The notes beneath the pieces were generated by a model. The model was not told where the DNA came from and ran no database searches. It saw nothing but the letters and a program-made list of their open reading frames with translations. Source: Octopus vulgaris (Eukaryota). Taken from it: a DNA stretch of 64,000 bases. The stretch is from positions 150,164,001 to 150,228,000 of the forward strand of contig OX597816.1 of assembly GCA_951406725.2 (NCBI GenBank), read 5' to 3'. A program made the position numbers and the translations under genes. The first letter of the stretch is position 1. Each line of letters opens with the position of its first letter. This document shows positions 1 to 12,349 of the stretch, piece by piece.

Positions 1-399
1 CAATCCACACACCCAATTTGACACAGAAGTGGTGCAAAGAGCATTTCAGTAGTTTTGGGGGCAAGATAATATGGCCTCCTTCAAGTCCAGGCATTAATCC
101 CATTGACTTTGCTATTTGGTCCATCTTAGAGTGTAATGTTTCTGCTCACTTCTATTCAAATGTGTCATATCTGAAGAAAGCCCTTCTGTCTTCATGAGTC
201 AAGTTGGATGAAGAGGGGGTATGGTGACCACTCATTTGCAGGCTATAATCAAGGCAAAAGATGGCTATTTTGAAATGTAATTATTGTAATGGATTGACAA
301 TTTACATTAGAATGTGTGTGCCAAATTTCATTATCCAACCTTAAATTTATTTTGAATAATTAAGAAATATCAATGGGTAAATCTCTCTGGCACACCCTG
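1..399 (+). mobile_element. Tc1/mariner (DD37D/maT-like) transposase C-terminal remnant with right TIR
   Basis: Frame 3 reads IHTPNLTQKWCKEHFSSFGGKIIWPPSSPGINPIDFAIWSILE..., then after a stop and frameshift ...LQAIIKAKDGYFEM* (stop at 280). Ends in ...GGCACACCCTG, the reverse of a CAGGGTG-type TIR. Confidence 0.85.
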
Positions 400-576
400 T
401 GTATAGCATGTGTGTTTGAAAAGGTTAATTGAAAGTGCTCACACATTAGCAAAACAATTTCTTCCCAAAAAAGGTTAGCAACATCTTGGTAAAAGATTTT
501 ATAACATTTAAAAAAAAATAATTTTAAAAAATCGCCTTTACACTTCAAAACTATATTAAGTAATTCTCATAGACTC

Positions 577-579
<3 letters not shown>

Positions 580-615
<36 letters not shown>
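580..615. repeat. (TA)n microsatellite
   Basis: Direct reading. Confidence 0.95.
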
Positions 616-617
<2 letters not shown>

Positions 618-819
618 GTCTGTTGATGGATGTATGATGCAAAATAGATAGATAATAAATAGTTAAGTAGGTAGATAAGTGATATTAATATAAAATTTTA
701 AAATTATAACCACAATCTTTAAAAACAGAAGGAAACAGACCAACTCACAGAACTTGAACCACACTTCTATTGCTTGCTAGGGACTGCATTACTGGTTACA
801 CTACAGGAACCCTGCCAAT

Positions 820-1003
820 CTCTCTCTCTCCCTCTCCTCTGATCTCCCCTCTCTCCACTCTCTCACCCCCTCTCCCTCTCTCTGTATCTTCCAAATATAT
901 TTTTATTTTTATCTTTTACTTGTTGCAGTCATTAGACCATTAGACTGTGGCCATGTTGGGGTACCACCTTGAAGAATTTTAGTCAAACAAATCAACCCTA
1001 GTA
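820..1003 (-). repeat. Inverted copy of a SINE 3' end plus its flank (partner at about 2735-2900)
   Basis: The reverse complement matches 2735-2900, including the private variants GGTACCCC and GCAACAAG and the non-SINE flank ATATTTGGAA.ATACAGAG. Confidence 0.85.
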
Positions 1004-1484
1004 TTTATATAGAAATATATATACCATTGTTCAGTATTGCAGGATACCTTCGACAAAATGTCTATAACCAACAACCAATAAATACATGATCTGTATACAA
1101 CCTGTTTTTCTTTTCTAACACAATTTGGTGCTTATAATAACTAATATTACTGCACAACTGAAATCTTACCAGTTAATTCATGTGTATATAGACAGCATGG
1201 AATATGGGTGTTAAATGAAGATGTATACACATACATTCATGTATATATATCTAAAAGTTTTGAAAATTAAAACAGAAGCTCCATAAAAGAACAAAAAAAA
1301 AAATTCATACACAGGATATAGTTATGCTCTTTCCTTGTCAGTTGTCGTCCAAAAAAATCATTACAATTTTATGCCTTTAATGATAATATTGACCATTTTT
1401 GATGGCATCAACAGCGAAAAACTGTGGGGAATAGCAAGTGAATACTGAAGACAGTGACAAAAACAATGCTATGCACCCATCTTG

Positions 1485-2175
1485 GATTAATCTTCTCTCT
1501 TCGTGCCACATGGGCTCAACTCTCCTCCCCTCTCCTCTCTTCCTCTCACACCTACTTCCTCCCACCCACCTCTCCTCTCTTGCTCTGACTCCTACTTCTC
1601 TTCACTCCTACTTACCTTCTTCTTTCCCCTTCTCCCTTCATCATCACCCCTCCCTCGTAACCCTACCCCTACACAATCCAATTCCATCTTCCCTATCCAT
1701 CCCATCCCACCCCATCCCTTATACCTACACCCACATACCCGACCCTTGCTTTCCCCACTTCCCAACACCATCGCATCATATCTCACCACCTGCACACACT
1801 AGCACTGACCACTTCCCAGCACCCACACCATCAACCATAAACCTACACATGCACACGTCAAAGTCACCAGTCCTCTTCCATATGCACATACATGCTCTCT
1901 TATACACAAGCACGTGCACATTTGTTTTGGGATCACCACTACTTTATTATCTTCCCTTCTTCCTAGCTCTCCTGTGTGACCCCTCTGTCTGGAATTTGCC
2001 ATGACAGATCGCTAGCCACTACACATTCTTTATTTTCTCTCCCTGTTTCTTTCTGTGGAAGAGCATAGACTCGAAACGTTAAAGACTTTTTCACTTCTTG
2101 AGCGTTAAACTAATACATGTTTGTTGTCTACACCACCTGTCTTCGACTTTTGTTTTTTTTTGTGAATTCTCCCAA
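1485..2175 (+). mobile_element. Penelope-like element 3' end (GIY-YIG C-terminal trace, pyrimidine-rich UTR, HHR-bearing pLTR)
   Basis: LIFSLR/..PHGLNSPP at about 1487-1530 resembles the PLE GIY-YIG terminus LIF.L....P.GLN. There is an HHR-like motif at 2048-2085 and sister copies at about 17050-17448 and 20154-20305. Confidence 0.7.
2048..2085 (+). ncRNA. Minimal type I hammerhead-like motif (variant core)
   Basis: TCTTT-CTGTGGA-A-GAG catag a CTC-GAAA-CG-TT-AAAGA: stem I TCTTT/AAAGA, stem II GAG/CTC, palindromic AACGTT at stem III. The core has U in place of A6. Confidence 0.55.
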
Positions 2176-2424
2176 TATATACATACACACATACACATAC
2201 AACTGGCAAAATTTTAAATGTACAATAATATTAGTTTTCATAAACACCAATTTGAGACAGGAAAGAACAACAGACCTACTGGTTGGACACACACTATGTA
2301 TTTATTGCTTGCCAGTTGTAAACACTGACACAAAGTAAGGTACCTTGCAAAGCTGGACAACAGTATAATTCAAAGCTTCAGAAACTTAGTAAGAATTGTA
2401 TTATCTGAATGATAAATCAAAACT

Positions 2425-2830
2425 AGATGTGGCTTTGTTTTAAGAAGTTTTCCTAACCACATGGTTCCAGATTCAGTCCTACTGCATAGCACTTTGGGAA
2501 AGTGCCTTCTGCTATAGCCTTGGGCTGACCAAAGCTTTTGAGGATTTGGAAAATGGAAACAGAAATAAGCCTTTCATATGTATATATATCTATATGAGTG
2601 GGTGTATGCATGTATGCGTGTGCGCACATGTATGTCTCCCACCACCACTTGACAACCAGTGTTGGTGTGTTTATACTCCTTAACAGTTCGGCAAAAGAGA
2701 TTGATAAAATAAGTACCAGGCTTAAAACAAAATGTATTAGGGTTGATTTGTTTGACTAAAATTCTTCAAGGTGGTACCCCAACATGGCCACAGTCTAATG
2801 ACTGCAACAAGTAAAAGATAAAAATAAAAA
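2425..2830 (+). mobile_element. tRNA-derived SINE, family A (CORE-like centre, internal microsatellite)
   Basis: Degenerate A/B-box head, CACTTTGGGAAAGTG core and AAGTAAAAGA tail. Homologous to 39616-40030. Confidence 0.85.
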
Positions 2831-3453
2831 AGATATTTGGAATATACAGAGGGAAAGGGGGTGAGAGGGTAGAGAGAGATGGGGTGAGAAGAGAGAGACA
2901 GGAGGTCAGAGGAGAGAGAGAGAGAGAGAGAGACGGGAGGGGTTGAGAGGAGAGAGAAAATAGTGGAAATTATAGTAGAGCATATATAATCTACCATGAA
3001 GTAACTTTTCTAAATTTCTCCACATGAAAGTATGAAGAACTTGGAATGTTGTGTAGGTGAGAGTTTTAGCAAGGTGAGACAGATAAATAGGCTACTAACT
3101 GAAAGAATCACTATAAAAATATTCCATCCTTTTATAAGATGTTTTGGCTTCTAAATAAGACTTACATAGAAATCATTATACATATTTTTCAAATTATACA
3201 ATATGTATATAGATATATACATACACACCCACCGACAGACAGAAACAGGCATATATGCATAATATGTATATCTATATATAGCCACACATACACATGTATG
3301 CATACATGCATCTATGTATGATTTTTCTTTGAGTTTAATTTAAGTTCTTCCTGAGTGTATGTATCTACGTATGTATGTATTGTTGGTAGGGACACAGTGT
3401 TCCATTTAGCAACCATAATATACTACCAAGTATAGTAAAGGTTTAGAAGTCAA

Positions 3454-4100
3454 ATAGCAGTATAGCTCAGCTTTACCCGGGATTAAGTTAGGATTATTAA
3501 GCTAATCAAGTTCTTTATTTCAAACCAAACTAAGTAACATCGACGTCAAATTTGGATGAAATCCGTTGAAATTGGTAAACTTTTGGCTGAAAATGAGTTG
3601 CAGACAACTTGATTTGATAATCCCATAAGGAATCGGTTTATCGATTTTTTCTACTCATCAATTTTTTGTTTTTTTGTTTTTGGAGAACTTAAAGCATTCA
3701 AAGATCCCATGAATCCTAAGTAATGCTGGCATCAAGTTTGAACAAAATACATCAAAATTGGTAAAAGTTATGGTTGAAAATGGGGTGTAGCCAATTTTAT
3801 TGGGAAACCCTATAAGGAATAGGTTTATCGATTTTTTTTATCCTGATTAAATTGAAAACCCCATAAGGAATCAGTTTATTGATTTTTCACCCCAAATAGG
3901 ACTGAAAATTGTTAAAAGTTTTGGTTGAAAATTTATCTTCACTGCTTTTCGCTGGTGCCTCTGAGAAAAATAAGTTGACAAAAATACAACTAGGGTCATG
4001 ACGAATGACATGTGTGCTAATAGGAGTGACATGTGTGCTAATTTGTGGATGTGCATAAATTACATTCACATACACACATCCTGCCTTTTATATATACAGA
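3454..4100 (-). mobile_element. Non-autonomous Helitron
   Basis: The minus strand starts A|TCTGTATATATAAAA and ends with a degenerate GC hairpin (CCCGGGTAAAGCTGAGC) about 8 nt before CTAT|T (CTAG variant). It carries three internal subrepeats CCCATAAGGAATCGGTTTATCGATTTTT. Confidence 0.7.
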
Positions 4101-4114
4101 TATTATATTCTATA

Positions 4115-4358
4115 GTGAAGGTGCATGGCTCAGTGGTTAGAGCGCCGATCTTACAACCGTGAGGTTGTGAGTTCGAATCCCAGACAGGGCTGCGTGTTGT
4201 GTTCTTGAGTAAGACACTTTATTTCACATGTGGAGAGGGGAGGCTGGTATGCATGGGCAACTGCTGATCTTCCATAAACAACCTTGCCTGGACTTGTGCC
4301 TTGGAGGGTAACTTTCTAGGTGCAATCATATGGTCATTCGTGACCGAAGAGGGTCTCC
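4115..4358 (+). mobile_element. tRNA-derived SINE, family C, with TSD
   Basis: A box TGGCTCAGTGG, B box GTTCGAATCC, CORE-like GTGTTCTTGAGTAAGACACTT. Flanking direct repeat TATATTCTA at 4104-4112 and 4362-4370. Confidence 0.88.
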
Positions 4359-5049
4359 AACTATATTCTACCTTTCTGAGTTAGCAGTGTGATTCAATCA
4401 CTTGATAGTATATTATGGTTTCTAAATGAAATATGATGTACCTACATACCAGTTGCTAGGAATGTGTTTAATATGTAAATTGGTTTATCCAATAATGTTA
4501 CACTGCTAAACTTAGTGGCTGTTTAAACAATGTGTTTGTGGATGGTTAATGGATTGGCTGTAGTTCTGAAGAAAGAGCAATAACTTCTGAAAAATGCATT
4601 GTCTGTTTTCTATCTTCAATCACATAGACTTATTTGTATCCAAGATGTTATAACTTTTGGTGCTGGATCTAAATTCTATAGAATATCTGTGAAGATAACT
4701 TTAAAATGTATGTATATTTGTTTGTATGAATGCAAACAGTAGCAGAGAACTATAAAGAAATAAAGAAAATGTTGCAGAGTCAAGCTGGATGAAACAACAT
4801 GAAGGAAAAAATAAAATGTTAGAGCAAGATCCTGCTCTACCATTTTCTGTAATGCCTATAGCCAAGGATATCCCAGTCCCTTTAGTTTACAATTCCATTA
4901 AAGAGAAGAACATCATTGCTGAATTGCCCTCAGCCAGAAGAACAAATGAATGCATGCACACAGCTATGAATAGGTCATGTTTTATCATCATATCTCACTC
5001 AAAGGATTTGTTGTTGTTTGAAACATATCCAGGGGAGCTCATAAGAATG

Positions 5050-5448
5050 AGGTGGTCAGATGTATGTAGAAGGTGAATGTAGTGAATGGTGAACAATGGT
5101 GGTGATTGGTAAATATGGGATGAAAGATGGATGTCAATTGGAAGTAGCTCAGAAGAGAGGAAAAGGTAACTTGTTATACAGAAGGTAGGAGAATGATGGT
5201 GGGATGAATGTTGAAGAGATGAAAATGTTAAAGTTTGTAAGAGTGTGTTTGTGTGTAATGGGGAGAATAAAGGGTAAATATAAACAAAAGTGTGGTGGAT
5301 GATGATGAATATAAGTAGGGTTGGGATGATGGGATGAATATCAATAGGAAGTGACACAGGGGAGGGACCCAGTTGTGTGCAAACATGTTATGCTTTCAGA
5401 ATCTTAGAGATGATGTGGTATGTCAACGGGATGGGTTTTCTCAAGCAC
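5050..5448 (-). mobile_element. RTE-type LINE 3' UTR fragment
   Basis: The reverse complement begins GTGCTTGAGAAAACCC, the same motif that ends the RTE ORF remnant at about 14240, followed by pyrimidine-rich UTR. Confidence 0.5.
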
Positions 5449-5517
5449 ACATACATGTATATATCTGAAATAAACACAAGTTAAGAAAACTAACCCAGAG
5501 TGGCCAGTTGTTTACAT

Positions 5518-5632
5518 ATTGCCAGATCAGACTGGGCCTGGTGCAGCCTTCTGGCCTCCCAGACCCCAGTTGAGCCGTCCAACCCATGCCAGCATGGAAA
5601 GCAGATGCGAAACGATGATGATGATGATGATG
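5518..5632 (+). mobile_element. RTE LINE 3' tail ending (GAT)n
   Basis: CCAACCCATGCCAGCATGGAAAGC...AAACGATGATGATG, shared with many copies in the window. Confidence 0.85.
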
Positions 5633-6139
5633 AAATATGAATAAGGGTTAAGTTAAAAAGAATACATGATAAATTCTTGATTTTTTAAAAATTATTACCA
5701 CTTTTAGAAAGGGTAGACCAATTGTTTGGTAGTAATTGGTACAAATTCCAAATGGAAAAGTAAGATGATCTAAAAAATTTTCCAAAATTGACATGCCAAT
5801 AAAAGACAGTGAGGAAACACGTGCAAACACTCACACAAACACCATTATGTATATATATTCTGTATTATACTGATATATATCAATGTAAAGATAGCTAGAT
5901 TGTAGTTGTATGAGTCAAAATGATTAAATATAAATAGCTTCTTTTACTACCAACTTATATTGTGTATTTCAGTTATATTCTCAATTCTATACACTTCAGT
6001 CTACATAGTTGTAAGTTATAAGGAATTAAATTCTTAGGGAATGTTAATTGAAATATAAATGTATTTTATCCAGTGGAAAATTATTTTGAATCTGCCTAAC
6101 ATCAAGAAACCTGAGCCTTGTATCAGCTCTTAGGAGACA

Positions 6140-6140
<1 letters not shown>

Positions 6141-6200
<60 letters not shown>
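6141..6200. repeat. (ATT)n microsatellite
   Basis: Direct reading. Confidence 0.95.
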
Positions 6201-6201
<1 letters not shown>

Positions 6202-6324
6202 ATTCTACATGTATTATGTTAGATATGAAGCTTTCTCATATTTCATTTGGTGATTGATGTTTCTGCATTCAAATCAAACAGTAAGTCAACAATGACTTTA
6301 ATTCTTCCAAATTTGGTGACTTAA

Positions 6325-6545
6325 GTGCTGGTTGTTGCTGTCCATATGTTGGCCCTGCTTGAGCAAATGTATGATCAAAAGCACTCCAGTTATGAATCTC
6401 ATCCTTCCTTTTTTCAGGCAGTGCATTTAGGACTATGTCATCTAATGCATTTTATCTCCATGTTTTTAAAGAGTACAGTGTCATTTGGAGAAGATTTGAC
6501 TGCTATTTCGAGCAAGTCAAGCTAATATGTTGAAGATCAGCTTGC
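6325..6545 (+). repeat. Unclassified interspersed repeat (other copies at about 24390-24580 +, 33080-33245 -, 37040-37230 -, 45995-46190 +)
   Basis: Shared motifs TATGATCAAA.GCA.TCCAG, TTTTTCAGGCA and GATTTG.CTGCTATTT recur in five places. Confidence 0.65.
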
Positions 6546-7107
6546 ATGTGTTTTGGTTGTCTATTACTGATGTGGGTGAGGAGGTAGGCTCCTAGAGAAG
6601 TAAATATTGATCCAGTTTTAATTCTCTAGTTATTTTTTCAGACTTAGGCTTTGGGCACTGCCTCATCTTTTTGAACTTAATAATGAGAAAAATGGTAAAG
6701 ACATGAGTATAATAATTCTTAGTTTTCCTTTTACCTAAATATCCTTGGTTTTTATGTCTGCCAAGAGAATGGGGGAAAAATCCACTTATTACCATAAGGA
6801 TGTAAGTTCAAACCTTATTTACAACAAATGTATTATGGCCCTAGTCAAGGAACACTTATTAACAGCATAACTATCAGTTGCTACAGCTATTTGAGCATCC
6901 AACAGTCATAAATAGGCATGATTCCGTTGAAAATATGCATCAACCTACAGCTTCATGGTTGAGGTTTAAGCTGTAAATATATTTCTTTCAACAATACTTA
7001 TACAGATATAATAATCAGTAAAAATTAAAGTTTTATGCCATGATGCAGAGTCCAGAATCAAACAAATATTAGCATTAAAAAATGGATAGAGAAACAATGA
7101 TAATAAT

Positions 7108-7325
7108 AATCCTTTCTACTATAGTTACATGGTTTGAAATTTGTTGGGAGGAGGCTAGTTGATTGCATCAACCCTAGTGTTCCACTGGTACTTATTTTAT
7201 CAACTCCAAAAGGATGAAAAGCAAAGTTGATCTCAGCAGAATTTGAACTCAGAACATAAAAACAGACAAAATACTGCCAAGCACTTTGCCCAGCATGCTA
7301 ATGATTCTGCCAGCTCACAGCCTTA
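7108..7325 (-). mobile_element. tRNA-derived SINE, family B
   Basis: Reverse complement matches 50382-50614: GAGCTGGCAGAATC, GAGTTCAAATTC, CTTTGC.TTTCATCCTTT..GAT AAAATAAGTACCAG. Confidence 0.88.
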
Positions 7326-8175
7326 ACAATGATACCAATAATCCATACAGTAAAGATTATAAAAAAAGAAAGAAAGAAAATGACAAAGTCAAATTTATTG
7401 TCCTATCTACTGTGCCTGAATAAAAACTTGATTATTTTAATTCTCAATTTATCAAATCTATAAGGAAATGAAATGAGGTGAGGTTAATGCATTTTACAAA
7501 ACTACTATCAAAAGCATTATTTACACTAATGTCAGAGTATTAAAAAGTTTTTGAAAGTCAAGATTCTGGGAACTTCAATACTTTCTCGTACTTGCTAAGA
7601 ATAGAACAAATATATAGTCTCACTGAAAGCTAAATCCTTATCTGCTCATAGTTTTATGAAATACACTACTTACGTGCTTTAATTTCAAAAGTAAAAAATA
7701 ACCCTAACTTTTTTATTATTAAACTGATGTTTGAAACACAATAAAAAGGTCTTACACAAAAGTTTGGTGAGGTTTTCTTGAAAATGAGAGGTTTTATGTA
7801 TGGATATGTGCCAATGTCAGACAGGTTGATCTTGAAAGTATTAATGTAGAAAACACCAATATGAGTCTAATATACAAGGATTAAATATAATTCTTATCAA
7901 GTTATAATTATGAGAGATTCTAAAACACCAAGTTGTAATCCATTTTAACAGAATAAATTTGGTTTCAAGATCAGAAAGCAATTTTTGTTATCTAGTCATG
8001 AATACCATAAATTACTAATCAAACTGAGTCCTTCAAGAGTGTAAGATGATTTAAATGAGGTAAACTTATGATAAAGTATATTCTATTAGATAGTACAAGT
8101 TTTGCTAGCAAATAGATTGTGAAATAAACTGTAAAAGATTTCTGGTGTGTGTAACTGAATACACTGATTATTATT

Positions 8176-8386
8176 GTGTCGAGTCAAAAGTTTTGCAATA
8201 TTTTGGTAACTTGTTTGCTTTAATTGCCAAATGACAAATAAAGCAACCTAGCATTCAAAGTAGAGGCCATCGTGTTGCACCATCTGAAACCACTTTTCTA
8301 TCAGTTCTTTGATCTCATGCTGATACCACTTCTTGTCCTTTAAGGTGAAAAACTCTTTCACTGAAGCTTCCACCTCCTCTTGAATA
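8176..8386 (-). mobile_element. mariner transposase C-terminus and right end
   Basis: Minus strand reads QEEVEASVKEFFTLKDKKWYQHEIKELIEKWFQMVQHDGLYFEC*, a typical mariner terminus. A TIR-like GTCGAGTCAAAAGTTTTGCAAT lies at about 8178-8200. Confidence 0.8.
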
Positions 8387-8431
8387 GAAGAAAAGTCAGA
8401 AATGTGGCTTCAGATGGTGCAACATGATGGC

Positions 8432-9195
8432 TGCACCACTCACTGCATTCCCTTTCCCCACACTTTACTCATGCTCCCCTCTCTCTACTCATGCTTCTTT
8501 GGCAATATCCTTCCACATATTATGACCTTTGAACCTCAAGTGTATACCCTAGCACTTTCCACCATCAATCTCTTCTTTTACTTGACCATCCCATTTATAT
8601 TCTGATCCTGGTCCCTTGTGAGAATGCCCAACACTTTGCCACCATCTCTCTTCTGCTGTCTCCCCCCCTCTCTCCTTCTCAGGTTGGGTAACAATGTATC
8701 TCCTTTACGGCAGCACACCTGTCTCTATCCTCATTCCTCATCTCTCACTCACTCTCTCTCTCCAGCCGGGTAACCTTGTACCTCTTCTACAACAAGACAC
8801 CTATTTCTAACTCACTATAACCTTTCATCAGCTGACATCAGATCACCTCCTCCAAGGCCCCCTCTCCTCTCAAAAGATTTTTTTCTTGCAAGTTACTTGG
8901 TTGTCCTATTAGTGCTGGAGCCACTTAAAAAGCATCCAGTCCACACTGTAGAGTGGTTGGCATTTGGAAGGGCATCAACCTGTAAAAGCCTTACCAAAAC
9001 TAACCTCGTCTGTGCTTGTACCACATAAAAAGGACTCAGTTTACTCTGCTGGGTGGTTGGTGTTAAGACAGGCGTCCAGCTGTAAAAATCCTGCCAAAAC
9101 AGACACAGAAGTCTGGTGCAGGTTTCTGCCTGGATGGCTCCTGTCAAACTGTCCTAGCTGTGCCAGGATGGAAGGTGGACATTAAATGATGATAA
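8432..9195 (+). mobile_element. RTE LINE 3' UTR and tail
   Basis: Pyrimidine-rich UTR, duplicated GGTTGG..TT.GGAAGGGCATC block, and tail GGACATTAAATGATGAT. Confidence 0.75.
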
Positions 9196-9214
9196 TACAT
9201 ATCATCTTTAAAAT

Positions 9215-10480
9215 AACAGGCCTTATTAGACATTAATTTCCTGGAATATCATTTCAGGAAAACACAGTTCTTTAATGCCTGCTTAACTGTTTGTGCTTCT
9301 TTATTCATAACTCTTAATATATCTGGTCACCCAAAGGATGCATTAACATGTTAAGAACAGTTCTAACATCTTCATATATAAGCATGATCCTTATGCATAT
9401 GTATCCAAGTTTTAATTTCTTTAGGCTAAGTATGTACTGTGTAAGATAATATCAGATTTTTCCAGCATATGTTGAACATCTTACTTAATGTTCCACATCT
9501 TTACAGTAGCTTGACCAGTGTGCTCTTAATTCCAGCCACTTCCTTGTTGCTATTGAGTCATAATGCACATCACCATGCACAGCTTTTATCATCAATGCTG
9601 GTAGAACAATTAATTCTCTTTTTACACAAGATACCATTATCAACTGTTAACTTATTTATTAATGACTTGAATGGCCTCCCAACAATAGAATAATTGCTCC
9701 AATTACTATTAATCATTCTTTTTAATATACCAGATAAAATATTATCATTACTATTCCCTATTTTCCTAGTTTGAAATTTTATAATGTTAATTTATAAAAA
9801 ATGGATGAAAAAAAAATCATCATCATCATGTTCGTCTAAACCAAATTAATAAATTCCAATCATGATAATGCATATTCATAATAAAATGCTGTTGTTTTTA
9901 TAATACATGCAGATATTACTTTTGCAAGCTTGAATTACTGTTAAAAATGAAAATGGTGGCCTATGTTCTGAGACCAATTTAATTTTTTGGCAAGTATAAT
10001 TCTAAGGTTTCCATTTTAGTAACTGGGTATCTTGTTTCAGTTGTGGTTAATAAAGTTATTGAATTTTATCTTCATCATTATTGTATTCTCAAAGCCAATT
10101 TCATAAGGATTTGCAGAATCTTCATTTATAATTTTCTCAACTGTTTTATTGATATACCATTTTTGTAGATTTGCATACTACCTGAGAGTAATTATTTTTC
10201 TCACACTTAACATAAGTTTTACTAAATACAGGACAGTTAGATAGTTCATACTTATATAACCACAAAAGAATTATTTATACTTGTTCCTACTCCCATTTCA
10301 CTGAAATTGGATCACTCGACTGATTCTAATACTTTAACACAATGCTCAGAATATTTTCATAATTTTATAGACTCTATCAGTTTGATTTGCAATGATACAC
10401 TAAACGAAGATAATGAACTTCACGGCATTTTCAGCTCCTCTTAACACTAATGATTAAAATCACTCTATAGTGTGTCTTGG
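9215..10480 (-). mobile_element. Ty3/Gypsy pol remnant (RT end, RNase H, integrase)
   Basis: Minus strand, with frameshifts: KLTVDNGIL..LIVLP..IKAVHGDVH..ATRKWLELRAHWSSYCKDVEH (integrase HHCC region), WIHMHKDHAY..VNASFG*PDI..AQTVKQAL..VFS*NDIP..LMSN (integrase core), KLVSEHRP (RNase H end). The part above about 10000 is much weaker. Confidence 0.75.
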
Positions 10481-10529
10481 GTCTGTTTTAAGTCAGCTGA
10501 CCAGATGAGCATAATGCAACTATTTTACT

Positions 10530-10976
10530 CTTAGGGAACCCTTGAAAAACATTCCATGTTTCCAGGACCCTGTACATAATAATTATTATATATCTTTTCC
10601 TTTCTCTTTTATAAAGTGAAAGTTTCATAAGAGAATAAACTACTTTTGTAAAGTTAAATCCATCAGATGCTGTAAAGAATGTTTAGCAAATTCCATCTTC
10701 ATCAACAACTTCTTTAGACCAAATTTCCCTACAATTTCCTATTAAAAAATTATTTTCCCTGTAAGGTCCCCTTAACACCAATCAGGATTTCTTTAAAATA
10801 ACAAATACAGAATTAAACAGAAAAGTAACTCTAAAATGCACCAGCATATGATTAACTTATTTTGCAGCATTTCTCCTGGAACTCTGGTAACCTCTCACGG
10901 GATTCCAGAGTAACCCTGTTTGGGAAACCTCTCACAGAACCCTTGGGTTCTGGGGAAACTCTCGCTGGAAACACTG
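10530..10976. mobile_element. Possible hAT-type non-autonomous element
   Basis: Ends in GGAAACACTG (CAGTGTTTC-type TIR) with repeated GGAACCC subterminal motifs. The left end is unclear. Confidence 0.35.
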
Positions 10977-11935
10977 AGCAAGAATAATATATACTCTACA
11001 TCGGATCAAATGCTACTGAGTGAACTTTAAACACTTGATCATTATATCAATAGTTTAGAATTTTTGCCAGGTAGCCTAATATATATTGTAATATGTCTGT
11101 GAGAAGTAAAAGCATTGATTAAATTCAAATGATGTCATGTGGGACTTTTAGGGAGGAAAACAAAAAAATGTAAAAAATGAAATATTGTACAGCAGAAGAT
11201 AACTGTTTGCTGTTGTTCAGAGAAAGCAAGTTTTAGATTAAACTAGCTATTTTGGTTTGGATTATGTCCCATGTTATCACTGCAAATATAGTAATAGTAT
11301 TGTGTAACTTTCATAAGTGCTTCAATTTGGGATTAACAGAAGAAGAAATAATAATAATAATGATAATAGGGACATGAAAGAGACAGAAGAGAAGGAGATT
11401 ATGAAAGAGATAGAGGGAAAACAAAGAAGACAAAGGGAGAAGAGAAGGAGGAAGAGGAGAAAAGAAGATGACGCAATAGAATTTATGGGATTGATATAGA
11501 CTATAGTTGGTCGACAGTAAGATAAAGATTATCTGTGGTTAAAGTAATGTATTTACTGAAGGTTATACTAATTTAAATAATAAAACCAAGGAAAAGTTTC
11601 AGCATTTTTCTCTCAATCCATGTGGTATCTGATTAGGATAAGGTGGAGGGATTTGATAAGTATAGCTTTACCTTTTCAAAAATGACTGTAGTTTGAGGCA
11701 GAAAAGGTAGTTAAATTAATAATATATTTAGATTGAGGTGCCATTTTTGTAGCTGATATCATTTATAAGTCCTATTTTAGTTGATTCTATCTATTTATTA
11801 TTTTGTAAAGAGAGAAGTTTGTATACGAGAAAAGATGAGCCAAACAAATCAGGGATTTCAGAATCTCCTACACATTCATTATAACCATATGGTAATGAGA
11901 GCACTGGCATGTTAGTTTTGGTTGAATTTTATTGC

Positions 11936-12192
11936 TTAATTCTTTTCATTACTAATGTACTTATATTTTCAATGTTTTTTTAATTCGCTTTGAAAATAGT
12001 TGAGAATTTGGACTGATTTAGCAAAAATAAGTCTCTTTTTCTTTTATGTTGGTTTGGAACATAACTTAATGAAAGATTCTTATATAAAGTTAGAATGAAA
12101 GATTTAAATTTCAATATGAATACTTTAAAATGAGAAAACTTATTTCAGTGGACCAGGGGTGCTCTCAAGTAGGTTGCTATCAAAAAAGTCAA
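11936..12192 (+). mobile_element. TTAA-bounded MITE-like repeat (other copies at about 7690-7843, 16614-16801, 25968-26060 minus)
   Basis: Begins TTAA(T/C)CTTT.ATTAC and ends GGT..CAAAA.GT.AA, with shared internal GTTTGGAACATAA and TTTAAAA. The piggyBac link is inference. Confidence 0.55.
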
Positions 12193-12349
12193 CAAGAGTT
12201 CTGATCATAGAAATCCCATATTTACTGTTGGCATGCTGTCCTGAAATAAAAACAGAACAAGATGTGTGTAATACCCCTTTTAAAGACAACAGTGATTTCA
12301 TTAGCTTAAGTTATATAGAAAGTTTCACATAGTTTGTTATGGTATTATT

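Noticed and set aside
748-812. tRNA-like sequence on the minus strand
   Set aside because: Only degenerate A/B boxes and no cloverleaf, so probably an old SINE head.
1438-2004. 188-aa ORF, the longest in the track
   Set aside because: It is a Pro/Ser/His/Leu low-complexity read-through of a pyrimidine-rich PLE UTR, and a homologous copy exists at about 17050-17280.
4115-4200. tRNA gene
   Set aside because: It continues into a SINE body and is flanked by a TSD.
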